This document shows positions 13,007-25,881 of a stretch of DNA of 64,000 nucleotides, piece by piece; positions within the stretch are counted from its first letter, which is position 1; each line of letters opens with the position of its first letter. This DNA is from Marsupella aquatica (Eukaryota; Plantae; Marchantiophyta): assembly GCA_973895155.1 (NCBI GenBank), contig OZ316891.1, forward strand, positions 523,558 to 587,557, in the 5' to 3' direction. The notes beneath the pieces were generated by a model. It saw only the letters and a program-made list of their open reading frames with translations. It ran no database searches and was not told the DNA's origin. Both the position numbers and the translations under genes were made by a program.

Positions 13007-13106
13007 CTGAGTACATACCTATGCACAATCGGCTGCTCTGCGTTTGCTGCGAAATCCTGAGTACATACCTATGCACAATCGGCTGCTCTGCGTTTGCTGC
13101 GAAATC
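13007..13106. repeat. Perfect 50-bp tandem duplication upstream of INTS7
   Basis: ctgagtacatacctatgcacaatcggctgctctgcgtttgctgcgaaatc x2. Confidence 0.95.
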
Positions 13107-13606
13107 CTGGGAATTCGGTTAGAGATAGGGAGGATAGGTTTGGTCCATTGAGTGTAGCGTTCGGGTTTTCGTTTCTGGCGCTTCTGACAACTGGGTATTT
13201 TGTAGTTTATCTGAACTCCAGTAGTCTCCGAGTTAGCGAGGGATTCCAAATGTCTACTTATTAGAGGAGCGGGGTCTTTCTGCATGAATGTTGTGCGATT
13301 GTCATGGCAAGGCGAGTAATGAGCGCCTAAGAATCGTAGGCCGAGTTGTTGGCTATGAGAGAATGACCCAGGTTTAACGACAAATTTGCACCTGAGAGTA
13401 CAAGGATTTATGCTACTCAATATCTTGCAAAATTTGCAAGGTCCCTCACCCAGTTGATCCGCGTCACAACTATCGATGCGTTCTCGATTTTGAAAGTATG
13501 CTTTCGGTTCGCGGAATAGCCGTCCTTCTTCTCCTTCACGGCCTCAATTTCGCGGCTCTGAAGTTGCATTCCTGAGGCAGAAGAGGAAGAGGAGGAGGAG
13601 TGGTAC

Positions 13607-16600
13607 ATGATGAGCGATATAAGCGCCGGGTCGACCTTGGTGGAGATTGCAGCCGCTCGAGCGCTCCAATGGAACGTGGAATTCGACCGAGGGCTGCGCA
13701 GTTCAAAACCTGGTTTGTGCCTTCCCTAGCGTAAAGCTCTGACGCTTCGTTTTCGTAGTTTACAAGGCCCTGTCACATTTTTTATCACATGTCCAACTCT
13801 TATACTAACCACAGCGGAAATCAAGTCATTGGGGAAGCATCTGAGAAATCAGAGTGGGTGTAAACTATGGGCCGACTTTCGTAGTCTTGACTTAGGAGTC
13901 AAGAGTTGAGTGTTTCGTATGAGCTCTTCCAGTACCAACCCACAGGCTGCTGGAATAGCTCCCTCGATGGTTTTTTTGCTTTTGGATGAACGGTTTTAGT
14001 TGGGCCTCTCGAGAAGCGGCTTTCGATGGTAGGAACGTCGAAGGACCAGTTCTTAAACGTATGTTTGACAGGCTCTCAGATTTGGTCAAATGCCGGCTGC
14101 TGGTCCCACCGCCGCCATTGATTTCTTGCCGGTCGTCTTCTCTCATGAGTGCCACGTTCCTTTTGTGTTGCAGGGGCACAATGTGAGGCTGTCATGAAAC
14201 TGGGGCCCCAACTTGTGCGGTGGAGCCATGATTGTGTCGTAAATGCAAGCTCAGCCAACTTATTCAAGCTTGAGCCGGGTCAAGATCGTGTATTTGCAAA
14301 TGCTATCTTATTGCGGCTTGCAGAAACATTCCGTTCTGGCAATAATTTTGTCCGGGTTTGTGTCTTGAAAGCTCTCATGTTGGAGTTTAAGGGCCGCGGA
14401 TGGATTGGAGAGAGGTTCGCAGTAGATAATTCTGAAAGGATTTTTGTGAGTAAGAAACTTCTTCTTAAAAGCGGCTCTCATTCTCGGGCTCTGAGAAAAT
14501 TTCCTTCTGGCGAGGATGGGCTGCTTACGAAGAAGAGGATTGAGAATCATGCAGAAATGCTGAGAAGGGTCAAGAGCGTGATTGAGAATGGTGATCCCAC
14601 CTCAAGGGCCCTTGCGATCCGAGTACTTGGGTGTTTGGCCGATCTCGGTAAAGACAGTGTGGATGTGCACAACCTTATCTTGCAAGCTGTCCATTCTCCT
14701 CATCGTGAAGAGGTCAGAGGCGGTTCTATTCTCATTACTATCAAAAGGTTAGATGTTTTGCTTTTTCCGGGCAGTCCGATGGATGTCAGAGGTTTGGGAA
14801 TTATTGTGACATCACATGATGCATGGAAATGTCACATGCGTACATTCTCTCGTCCCTCGTAGAGAACCCATGCTGACGGGACAAGTCTTATCGTTGTCGT
14901 TTCAGAAAATGCATATCAAGTGTTGGGTCGAGTATGTTATGTTAGAGCAACTTTTTTGTGAATTCTTCACATTCAAGATGGTTTTCAATTAGTCTATACT
15001 TTGCTTCGTCAGAGTGAATGCAGCTTTATTGCTATGGACTGTCTATCAGAGCTTTCAAATGAATTTGCCGGACACTCCCTAGGGGTTGAGTATGTTATGT
15101 TAGAGCAACTTTTTTGGGAATTTTTCACTCTCAGGATGGTTTTCAATTACCCTGTACTCTTTCTCCTGTACAGGTGAATGCAGCTTTATTTGCTATGGGC
15201 TGTCTATCAGAGCTTTCAAATGAATTTGCCGGGCACTCCCTCCAGAAGGCCTTTGAAATAATTAATGCTATGGAAACACCACCCCAGGTGAAAGTGTTGG
15301 CAGTTCGCCTCTTTTCGAGGCTTGGTAACTCATCTGTGCTTTCTCTGCAAGCTTTTGAGGTCAGTACTGTGCTCAGACTAAACTTCTCGGGGACATGGCA
15401 GGGCTACATTTCGTGTTTTGGTTACCATACTTCAGCTTTCGTCAGATTGGAACCAGTTCAGCTGGGTTAGGACTTCGTGTAGTTTGGATTGTTGTGATGT
15501 GCGACCTCACGGATGTTAAAGAATTTGCCTTCTTTGCCTTCTTTGCCTTGCAAGGTGTACATTAGAGTGGCTCACGTGGGAAATTGTAATATGTAAGTGA
15601 TGGAAAGAAAGGTGCTAAGTTCGACGTTCCGACCTGCAGATGGGAAGGCGAATAATGCTAAGATACCCTCTTCATGAGATTGTAACAACTATGCTCGTAT
15701 CTCTCACAATGCTTGCCGCTGGGTCCAGTGTCATTATGGGCAACCAGGTACAACTCGCCTCTCCCATATAGCACAATTTTCCGTTATACTCTTCCAATTG
15801 AGCCACATTGACAATTTGTAAGGCTCTGCTTCACTAAAATACTTCCTGGTACTTTCAGGTGGATCTCCTACTTACTTATATTGCCGGTGACCCTCGAATG
15901 AATGTCCGTGCTGTAGCTCTGAAATGTTTAAGCAAGTTGGTCCCACAAGTATTCTGCGGTATAGAAGCTAGCGACAATATCTTCGAGGGAGTTTTCGCAG
16001 TTGTGCAAGATATGACTGTACCATCAACTTTGCATACACTTGCGTTTCGAGTTATTCAAAAGGTATTTGTATTTGTAACGCATAGTTGTCGATCAAGAAA
16101 TTCAGGAACTCATACAAAATGTTTTGTGCAGCCCCTTGTCAAGATTCTATCCTGTTCATCACTGCAATTTGCAGAATTATGTTCTGATCCAATGTCTCCA
16201 GAAACGCGTCCTTTGCCGCAACTTTCCAAATTGGCTCCATAAGTTACTTAACTACGTTTTGTCCTGACATCATTTCAGCTGTTTCATCAATGCGTGGCTA
16301 CACTGGAGTTCGCACATCTACTTCGAATCATCGCATGGATAGAATTGGCTGCCTTCTGTGATGTTTGGCCGGTTATCGCACAGGCATTGTCACTTTTGGT
16401 CGATGTAGTCCGCGATATCAAGAAATATAAATTGCAGAGTGGGCCTTCAGATCACTGGGCAGAATTGATGGAGTTAAGCACGCGAGTATGCTTTCTTTTG
16501 TGTGATCAATTGTCTGTAACTGGTTTAGTTGCAAGGAGATCCAGAGAAATGAGAAAGACAGGTTTAGTTTCAGTAATGGAGGAGGAAACCATGGGGGTCA

Positions 16601-19341
16601 CCAAGCGAAAAGTTTCGACGGTTTGTGTATTGTTGCTGAAGTTGGTGCAGGCTTATCCACCTGTGGTCTGGCAAGTGGTAGACAGTTTAGCAGGAGTCAT
16701 GGAAGCACTTACTCGGCGAAACTTAGAGCAAAGGAATGGAAATGAAGATGAAGACTCCGAAAGAATTTCAGACCAGGAGACTATTCTAGGTGACAGGTAT
16801 GGCGAACGACAAGAGCAAAATGACTCAGCGAATGTAGGAATGGAATCTATGAAGGCAAAAGGTTCTACTTATGGTGAGATAGAATTTTTACTGACAGATA
16901 TAGGTAGATGCCTATCTGCGTGTGCATCACTTTCAGAGAACAAGCCAAATATTATAGAGGATATTCACAGGAGGCTACTTCAGTTGGTAGGTGTTTTAAT
17001 TACTGTAGATACTCCATATGCAGCGCTTATTCCAACTCTTCAAGCTCTTATGAAAGCAGCGCTTGCTCTTGATTCCCTAAAAACCCTGACAATATCTGTT
17101 GGACAAGGGCCCGAGATAGAGAAGCTGGCTGACTGCAAAACCTATGCAGGACAAAGAAGCCCTAGACTTCTGGCCCAGAGCAGAAGGACCGTTCAAATGC
17201 TTGGAACCGAACTTTTGCAAGGTGGCAACTTTGGGATCTGTTATGAGGTTGGAAAGCAAGGTGCACTAAGTGCACTATGGGATTTGGCTTATTTTACATT
17301 TGATGGTTTGGTAGAGAAGATCAGTTCTGAGGGTTGCTACTTTTGGTTGAAGGCCCTGTCTTATCTATCAGAAGCAGAGGCTGTTCTTCAGATTGGCAAG
17401 GATGCCGAGAAAGGGGCTAAAGGCGCTAATGAGCGGATGGATGCGTCTGCAACAACAGATGTTCTCATGGACATTACGTCAGGTGGAGACCTAGAGAATT
17501 GCAAGGAGACGTATACTTCAAATTGTTCCGACTCCCAGCAATCTTCCCAAGTCGAAAAGGCTAGCCTGGAACGATTCGGCAAAGCAGCAGCACACGCAGT
17601 GCCCCTTCTCCATAATTCTATAAGCAGTCTATCTGCAGGGGTTTGTCTTGAGCGAATGTTTGAATTTCAGCGGTGGATGCTAACTTTGCGATTGGAAGTG
17701 CTTGAATGTGTCTCTGAGCTGGTTGGTGTATTAGCTCGTATTTCTTCGCTTGATACAGGTATGAAGAGCTCCCTGCATGACAGTGCAAAACTTTGGGATT
17801 GTAAACCTCCGCGTAAAGACTATTTCTGATCTTCCTAGGGCAGTGTAATCGACAGCTGTAGAGAACGCGGCTTGTCAATGACACGAATCTGTAAATGTGA
17901 TGCTGCCGTTTGTTTGTTGAGGAATCTAGACAGGCCTTGCGAAGTCAATCAGGTTCACCAAGAGAACGAACATGGTTCTTATCTCAGGATACAAACTCAC
18001 AGTTGGCTGTGCTTCTGACAGATGCAGGAGTAATTGACCTGGAAGATGAATATAGGAACAATGACATGAAATCCTTGGGTTCAGCTTTGAAGGCCAGCAC
18101 GGAACAGATCCACTTACTGGCGTCAAGGTTGAGGACTTTAAGTGAGGAATATGACTTGCTTTCCATTTCTTTCATGGGCATTGACCAACAGAGTGTCGGG
18201 ATGCTCTCAAGAGCTGCCCTCTTCTGTTCCTTGCTCACATTCTGCTCAACTGGTGTGCTCTCCCCGCAACCGGTCAATTCCTCTTTAAATGTGGGTGCAG
18301 TAGCACTCGATTTGTTTCGTCGACTTGAGCAGACTGAGATTGGAGTTTTGGATGATCTGCTCACTTTTGCTATTCAGAGTGGTGCGGAAGGCAGTAGGGG
18401 CCAAGGATTTGGTGGGGCTTTATCTACTGGGCCTCTAGAACATGCTCTCGTGAATCTTAGCAGTTGGGCTGTCATTTCTGTTTTGGGCGCTCAAAAACAA
18501 CATACTTTGCTCGGTGTTGTACGGGGAACAAGATTGCTGCAGGAAATACTTCAAGAGTGTCTATATCTTCCATGGCCGTCTCCACCGTTCTTCTTCTGTA
18601 CAAGGTAGTTCCGTTTCCGTCGGAATTCTATGATTGTGATTTTCCAAAAAGTGCAGTCCTTCAAAGCAGGTTGGAAGGGACTCAGTTAATGAAGCAAATG
18701 AATATTTTTAAAACTTTCGTGTTTCTGTGCTTGTAATCAGTGTTCAGTATATAACTCGTGGCTTCATCTACAGGCCACGGGCAGGAGTGGAACTTTTCCT
18801 CGCTCAAGGTGGAGCCCATACAGGGGAGACAGAGGACCTTGCGGTTACCGAAGGTTCTGCTCTTGCATTGAGTGTCTGTTTGCAAATAATCCATGCCCCT
18901 CCGGAATCTCTCGTGTACCTGAAAAGACTGATGTGTGGACTGTCAATTCAATCAGCTGAGAGCACTTTGAAGGTTATTGATGAAGTTCATCCTGTTTCAA
19001 AATCAGGACTCGTAGTGAATCAACCCATCCATCCTGCTATGGTAGAACAACTAATCGTACACTCAAAAATGCCGATTGTTCAAACTGCTTCTCCTAGATG
19101 GGGCCGGGGTCAAGGTCAGGGTCAAGCTGTTGCCCACAAAACAGAGGATCCAGCTCCTGATTTGATCTTTTCTGTTTCCCTTGATTCTAAGGGGCAGGGA
19201 TTTGCGTCTTGTACGTTAGATGTCTCTCAAGTCCCGTGTGGTGAGTATCAATTGAATCTTTCCTGTATCTGTATGGATGGCAAGAGTGGGCAATGGATTC
19301 TCCCGCTGTTGAGTGCTCGACCAGGTTTTCGTATTACTTGA
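13607..19341 (+). CDS. INTS7: Integrator complex subunit 7 (EMB1895-like ARM-repeat protein), 8 exons
   Basis: Exons ~13607-13712, 14174-14712, 15174-15359, 15640-15747, 15859-16061, 16280-17758, 18022-18604 and 18774-19341, with GT-AG introns that keep the frame. N-terminus ALQWNVEFDRGLRS..GAQCEAV..FANAILLRLAETFRSGNN..DPTSRALAIRVLG is the INTS7 signature. C-terminal PPFFFCTRP and GFASCTLDVS. Confidence 0.88.
14927..15241 (+). repeat. ~158-bp tandem duplication of an intron 3' end plus the start of INTS7 exon 3
   Basis: gagtatgttatgttagagcaactttt...gtgaatgcagctttat..gctatgg..ctgtctatcagagctttcaaatgaatttgccgg.cactccct is present twice. The upstream copy has a 1-nt deletion and an altered acceptor. 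Confidence 0.9.
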
Positions 19342-20137
19342 GTCGTTCAGTATCTGTAAAACTTTGCGAAACTCAATTCAGCCGTCCTTAATCTCAAGGA
19401 TCGTCCAGGCGGTTGTATTCTTGAAATCGATGATGAAGCGAAATGTTTTTGACTGGCCGTCTTAGCTTTGATTGAAACCGGCCGTAGGTGATCTGTGCAC
19501 TAGGTTTGAATCAAGGCTAGGAAGGCCGGTTTCAATCAAGACTTTGTAGCTAAATACTGTATGCATCTTGGGCTTCTGGTTGGTTTGTGTGATCGAAGAT
19601 ACCCATGTTGGAAACTTGCGTGGCGCAGATTAGGTGTACAGTAGATACAATGTCCTTGGTGAATCCCATGCTTCTTGATATGACTTCATAAAGTGTGGTT
19701 GGACTGTAAAATTTGGTTCAGTTGGGAAGGAGTGAAGAGACCTCAGATTTCAGATGTAGCCAGTTTTCACCAAATGTGGTAAAGGCTTGTCACAGAGGTG
19801 GAATCTAGGGAATTTTCGCCACTAAGGAAAAGGGTTTTGGCTGGCCGATTTTTGTGAAATGTGGTAAAGACGTCACAGTCGTGGAGTCTAGCCACTAAGA
19901 AAAAGGCTGGCAGGAGTCCCAATAATGGGGAGGAAGCAAGGGAAGTAGCGGGGAGAAATTAAGGTGAAATTCAATGGAAGGGAGATGATCCACAAACTCA
20001 TCATCCCAAGTTAATTCAATAAAGAGCTGCAGGCTCAAAGATGTGCAAAAGACCTCATAGCGACAGGACCATCCTCATAAGCCTGAACTTGCAAGTCTGA
20101 TTCATTACACTTTCACCGTCACAGTCCTGAAAGTTGC

Positions 20138-20520
20138 CTCCCTCTCAGAGCAGTCGCGAATTGACTCAAAGTCACGCAACGTTTTAAATGAAGCCGGAGA
20201 TCGGAGTTGTGTATGAGATCGAGTCTTACTAGGTTGACACCGGATATCTTGCCAGTGCTTGAGATTTCCACACTCCGGGTGCTGGATAATATATTACTAA
20301 TGCGCCCAAGTATTTGGCCATCCCGGACTTTCCTTGAAATTGTTTTAAGTATTTGGCCATCCAGGACTTTTTGGCCATCCAGGACTCCTTGAAATTGTTT
20401 CAAGTATTTGGCCATCCCGGACTTTGAGTGTAAGCTTTTATGTTTGTTTATGTCCAACTCCAGTTCTTCCTCTCAGAGCAGTCGCGAATTGACTCAAAGT
20501 CAGGCAAATGTTTTAACTGA
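20138..20520. repeat. Repeat module: ~50-bp terminal direct repeats enclosing 3-4 copies of a 24-bp motif
   Basis: cctctcagagcagtcgcgaattgactcaaagtca at ~20141 and ~20469. aagtatttggccatcc(c/a)ggacttt at ~20308, 20347 and 20402, with a partial copy at ~20371. Confidence 0.8.
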
Positions 20521-21366
20521 CAGATATGAACTCCAAACATTCTCATCATATCTTTGTCCCTTCCAAAGCTTGTAAACTGTGACCAAACGAAGCCTGGGTG
20601 GATAGTCTGATCACCACAATTGCCATGCAGTAAACCTCTTTTTAGTTTCCAAAATATTTACTGAAGCTAGAGTCAACTGAGAAAGTGAGACTGTGAAAAT
20701 GAGAGTCTCACCTCGTAGTGATCGTGATAACCTTGAGGAACTCTGTCTGAAACATTCCAAGCTCCAAATTTTGTGTATATCTTCACGATGTTGTTTATTG
20801 ATTCAACACATGAAAGTTATAAAACAAGGAATTGTTAGATTATGTGCCCAGAACAGAAGGCTGGAGTACACTCTACCAGTCACCCTGCCCAAATGTGTCC
20901 CTCTAAATGTGTTTAGTATATATATATTTTAAGAAGTGATAGGAAATACAGAACATTTCAGTTAGTATTGTGCATTCTCTGAACGTAAAGCAGTGAAGTG
21001 TTCAAATAGCCTGAGGATTGCCCAGGGCAGGGCATATCGAGAGCTACGAGAATCTAAGAAAGTTCAATGCCGCGCTCCCTTGTTCTTCTGCCTCCTAGTG
21101 GTGGAGTATAGTGGAAGCTGGGAAATGGTTCACTGTCGTAGCCACAGTCAGGCACATCCCCTGTTCCTAAGTCAAATGTGACGACATTGTTTTTTGCTTC
21201 AACATTAGATACTTTCCGAGTCATCCCTTGTAGATGTTTATGTAGACGTCAGGGAACCGATGCATGGTTGATCGGTTGCTGCAAGGCATGCCCAGAGAGC
21301 TAGTTTTTGGAAGAGTGACGGGTATCAACGGAGTTTTTTCTGCTGAGGTATCGGACACGGGCACAG

Positions 21367-24300
21367 ATGGCAACGTGTTGCCAAGCAATGCTTCAATGCA
21401 CAAAATCTCCAAGCTCAATCCCTTTACTGATAATATCGGATCAAGCTCCACAGATGGGCTTTCATCCTTGGTGTAATGATCAGGTTCAGTTCAGCTTTGT
21501 CAAGCGCATCGGTCTGAGACAGGGTCTGCTTCAGCCGCTGATGCCTGCGCTATCTCAGGTCTCAGGTCTCTCTCCTGTGTTTCCTGTGTAGATTGAGGAG
21601 GCACTTTGCTGCACGCCACTAGAAATGAATGCCTCGTTTTTCTATTTGAGAGCCTTGAATATGCATGAAATTCTCGCCAAGTCTCTCCAATTCAACTCTC
21701 GGGTAACGTTCGTTTCGGGTTCGTCGGCGTCCGGCCTGTTAGCCTGGTGTTCCAGATGACTTTGGCCCTGGCCCAGGCCCAGGTTATAGAAATCAAGCTA
21801 CGAAACGAGAATCTCGCGGACGCAAGTTTTTAACTAAACAGTCGGCGAGAATTTATGGAGCCAGGGTTCAATTTCAGAGTCATTCAATTGGACGCACTTG
21901 TCTGGCTTGTTTTTGTTCGAAATGCTCTTCCACTTCAATTTTCAGAATCCTTGACGCATCCCCGAAGTAGTTTTAAAGTTCAGGTCATATTCTACGTCCT
22001 GATTCTTAGGGCTTTGAGCTATCTTTTGTGTGAAGAACGCGACATTTGGCATGCGATCGCGAGGAAGGTGCTCGCTCAATGGCGGTCTCAGCATCCGTGG
22101 TGGAAATTTTCCCCCTGGACCAAACGTTACCGCGGAGGCAGAGAATAGTGAAGGTAACCAACTGTCTCACGGTCATACTGTCGTACGTTAAGCATTGGTG
22201 AGCTCTGCAACGCTGCAGGGCTTGATGGTGTCCTTTACGTATGTTACCTTTCTCCGCCCTTGAAAGGTTTTTGAAGTGTACTCTTGTTATCATCAGGAAT
22301 TCGGTGAGGCTGAAAAACCTTTATCCTTTTCTGACAGGCTCGATCTCAAAGTTGGAACTTGGAAGGAGCGGAATTTCCATCAAGAAAAAACCTTCTTACA
22401 ATGGAATTTTTCTGATTCTACTTCTGAATCTTGGAATTTTTATTGGAGATCATTGGCTAGGGGTTGGTGAATTGCCTTCTTCTCTAGTCCCTTGAATAGT
22501 ATGCCAAAGACTGTGTGTCCAGCTTGAGATTGGAGTTCATTTGGTGTACAGGAAGAGCTCTAGCATATCAGCGAGGAATGTGTAGACTTACGTGCTTGAG
22601 CATTTATGTAGTTTAGTGCAACTGTTCCTGCCAATATCTCTTCACTGCTGACTTTCTCATTTGTCCACATTGATAGCCTCAGTGTCATGCACGTGTTGTT
22701 GCTAATGGGGTATGAATTGACACAGGTTTTGTGATGAATGCAGTTCACGGGTATACAAAAGCTTTACTTGTACCATGACATGCCACGCTGGTACCAGTTT
22801 ATTACTTCAACATTTTGTCATCTAAGCTGGTAATCCTCCAAGTCGATAGATTTCGTTCTTTGGCTAAAAGCCACTTGTGTAAAGACAGCCAAGCGAAAAC
22901 TATGGATATGGAAAGTATTAAAACATTTTGGTTGGCAAAATAATATCTGTTGATTACTCTCTTGCTCTGGTTTAGCTTCTTGGTTGAGCAGGTGCACCAA
23001 AAGAAGCTTAGGGCGGAAACTGACTTGCCAGGCCAACCTTAATTTTTCAAGTCCTAATCTTTTAAAATCTTCAAGCATTGGTCCTGGGAGGTTAGGCGAA
23101 CCAAATAGAATCACTGCTTGTATGACATTTCTTGAATCCTTGGGTTTAAGATGATATTTCGAAGTCGAGGATAGCATTTCAACGTAGCTCCTATATGCTG
23201 TTTTGTGCTCTGCACTTTGATCAACGCTGAACAAATCCTTTTCAGTGGCTGGAAGGCATGCTACTTGTGGTCACCTACGTCTTTGAAGGTGGGTTCCGGA
23301 TGTCTTGCAAAAGAAAATTTCATTTCTAGTTTTCCTCAACCTTCACATCTTGGAGCCTTGCATGTGCAGGAACCATTTGTCCAGCAACCTCTTTTTTCTC
23401 TACATCTTTGGTATGTCAAGTTGGTGGATGTGATATCTGAGGCCAAGTGCAGAAGATTGTAATTTTCATCTCCCCATTTCAATCATTTTTTTTCCGTGGA
23501 TTAGTATATCGGAGGAATTGTTAGTAAACGTGGCAGTTGTGAATACTGTTCTCTGCATTCAGTGAAGATTTCAACATGGTAGGTCTTGGTCAGGGTTGGA
23601 ATTCAGGTTTGGATCTGGTACAGCTTACTGTAAAAGTTGTTCTTGCTCAGCAAAATCTTTTGTCGTTGCGTTTGCTCTCTCTAATAAATGTGAAATCGCA
23701 ACAGGTAAGCTCGTTGAAGAAGAGGGTGGAGCTTTTGCAGTGTGGCTGTCATACTTGATTACTGGAGTTGGCGCAAACGTGGTTTCCTGGTTAATCTTAC
23801 CTCGCACAGTGGTTTCAGCTGGTGCCTCCGGTGCTGTTTTTGGTCTCTTTGCAATAAGTGTGTTGGTGAAGGTATGTCCACGATTTCACTCGGCAATTGT
23901 TGCTTTTTCCAAAGTCTGACAATTATGGTGTCGTGGCAACACCAGCACCTTCTCCTCAAGGGCCGTGACTTCTCTGGTTATCAGCGTGGCTAATTCCTTT
24001 CGTTTTCTTCGTTTGCTGACCACAGCTAAGCTTTGACTGGAGAAAAATCTTAGAAGTTCTGATCTTGGGGCAATTTGTGGTGGAGAGGGTAAGATTTGAA
24101 AGTCCTCGTGGGTGACGTGCAAGTCCTTGGTTGTTGTATGTCCTTAGACCTCTGTGGTGACTTTCAAACTTACATGTCGCTTTCTAGATGGAGCTCAGGA
24201 GTGCGCTCATTCGTATCGGTATTGTTATCCTCCTGTGACGTCCCCTATTGAGTCTTCTGCACCTCTGAAACAGCATCCCATTTGGCTTGCAGGTGATGGA

Positions 24301-24451
24301 AGCCGCACAGGCCTCAGCACAGTTAGGAGGTCGTGCCTACAACTCATCAATGAATATAAATCACATTGCTCATCTCTCAGGTGCTCTTGTGGGGGTTGCC
24401 CTAATCTGGGTACTCAAGCAGCTTCCTTCTGGAGAAAACGAACAGAAATAA
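21367..24451 (+). CDS. RBL11: Rhomboid-like intramembrane serine protease, RBL11-like, probably plastid
   Basis: Exons ~21367-21558, 22036-22153, 22338-22462, 22744-22829, 23370-23410, 23705-23871, 24027-24087 and 24293-24451. Translation includes NGIFLILLLNLGIFIGDH, LYLYHDMPRWYQFITSTFCH, WNHLSSNLFFLYIFGKLVEEE, catalytic GASGAVFG and NHIAHLSGA. The two N-terminal transit-peptide exons are less certain. Confidence 0.88.
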
Positions 24452-24931
24452 AACTCTGCAAATATCGTGTCTGTTTCTCTTGATCTTTTTGGGTTCTACT
24501 TCTCTGAAAAGCAGTGACATCCACATACGTGACCAGATTCGCAAAGGAGATATCCCTTCTGTCTTCGAAATGCCACATTGTGCAGACTCCTGTGAAAATG
24601 GCAATTAACAGTCGAACGCCACATTTTTGTAGGACGCTATCATGCTCGAACCTCAGAGTATCACTTAGAATGTTTTGCGTACATATGTCATCAGATCTTC
24701 TGATGTTCGCCATTGATATTCAAGATCAGATATGGAGTGTGTGGCCGAGGGCTGCACAGTAATGGGTTCTTTCTTATTTCGTTTAGAGCGCTCAAGGGTC
24801 ACGGGGCCTAATAAAGCCTTCCAAATCCGAAACGCGAACATGTCTCAATTACCCAAAACTCTAAACTCGAAGGAGCAGATCACAAGAAGCGCTTGTTTTC
24901 TTGGAAATTCTATGATGAGCAACGCAAAAGA

Positions 24932-25013
24932 CGTGGTCGGCAGGATTCGAACCTGCGCGGGCAGAACCCACATGATTTCTAGTCATGCCCGATAACCACT
25001 CCGGCACGACCAC
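24932..25013 (-). tRNA. tRNA-Ser(AGA)
   Basis: Minus strand GTGGTCGTGCCGGAGTGGTTATCGGGCATGACTAGAAATCATGTGGGTTCTGCCCGCGCAGGTTCGAATCCTGCCGACCACG. Acceptor stem pairs, anticodon stem CATGA/TCATG with loop CTAGAAA, long variable arm, T-loop TTCGAAT, TTTT just downstream. Confidence 0.97.
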
Positions 25014-25529
25014 TCTCCCGATTTGCACTCGGTTTTTACATTTATTTATTCATAAATTTGGAGCTGCACAAGTGAGAGAAGGAAAGGGATGCACGGGAGG
25101 GGAGGGGAAGGGCACGGAGGCAACCCTAACCTTCCCCCCCCCCCTAATTAAGAGTTGGCCCTCTCCCAAAAACTTTGGCCTTTACCTTGTGTTTTATTCT
25201 TGGTCCATCCAACTCCCTAATTCCTCTCCACCTGCCCCAGTCATCAATGCCTTCACTTTCAACTATCCTTCCTATGCACCCGCCTTGGGCCTCCTGTTCC
25301 TATGCACCCACCTTAGGCCTGTTTTTTCAATTCTCCCTCTTGCTCACCATCTTCCACACCTACTATCTTTTTGCCGAGAACTTGTTTTTGTGCAACTTGT
25401 CTTCCTGGCCCCTCACTTGAACAAATCCTGCAGCAATTTTTGACTCTCTTTGCCACCTGCAATCTTTGTGTTGACCATCTATGCATCACCAACATTGACT
25501 TTGGGCAAACTAAAAATTAATATCCTCTC

Positions 25530-25881
25530 TGTTAGGGTTAACTCTAGTCTGGGTTAACTTCCAGTTACTTAGGCTAACCACCATTAGGGTGTTGATGATG
25601 ATTAGCCATAACTCTAGCATCTAGCATATAGAGAGGCTAGGGAGAGCTCCTCTTGGAGACTAGTGCTCATTCTTGTGGGAGTTAGCTAGGTGCTAGGAGG
25701 AGAGCTTGTACAAGGAGGCTTGGTGTGGGCATGGTGACCAAAGCTTAGTAAAGGCTCTTGCATTTCATGGACATATCCTTGACAAAGGTGAACCACATAT
25801 ATCTTGTGTCGGCATGTGCATGCTTCATGGTTGTGCTCTTGGTTGTAGAGTGCCGGTTTTTCCAACAATTGGTCTCAAAGC
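25530..25881 (+). mobile_element. Old Copia LTR (338 bp) with degenerate PBS; internal leader probably continues to ~26.5 kb
   Basis: TGTTAG...CCAACA (25530-25867) followed by ATTGGTCTCAAAGC, a 2-mismatch version of TGGTATCAGAGC. Shares blocks gctcatt, gagagcttgt, gtaaag and ggtgaacca with the LTR at 4078. Confidence 0.8.

Noticed and set aside
17759-18021. Apparent premature stop in INTS7 (ORF ends at 17829)
   Set aside because: Explained by a phase-compatible GT-AG intron 17759-18021.
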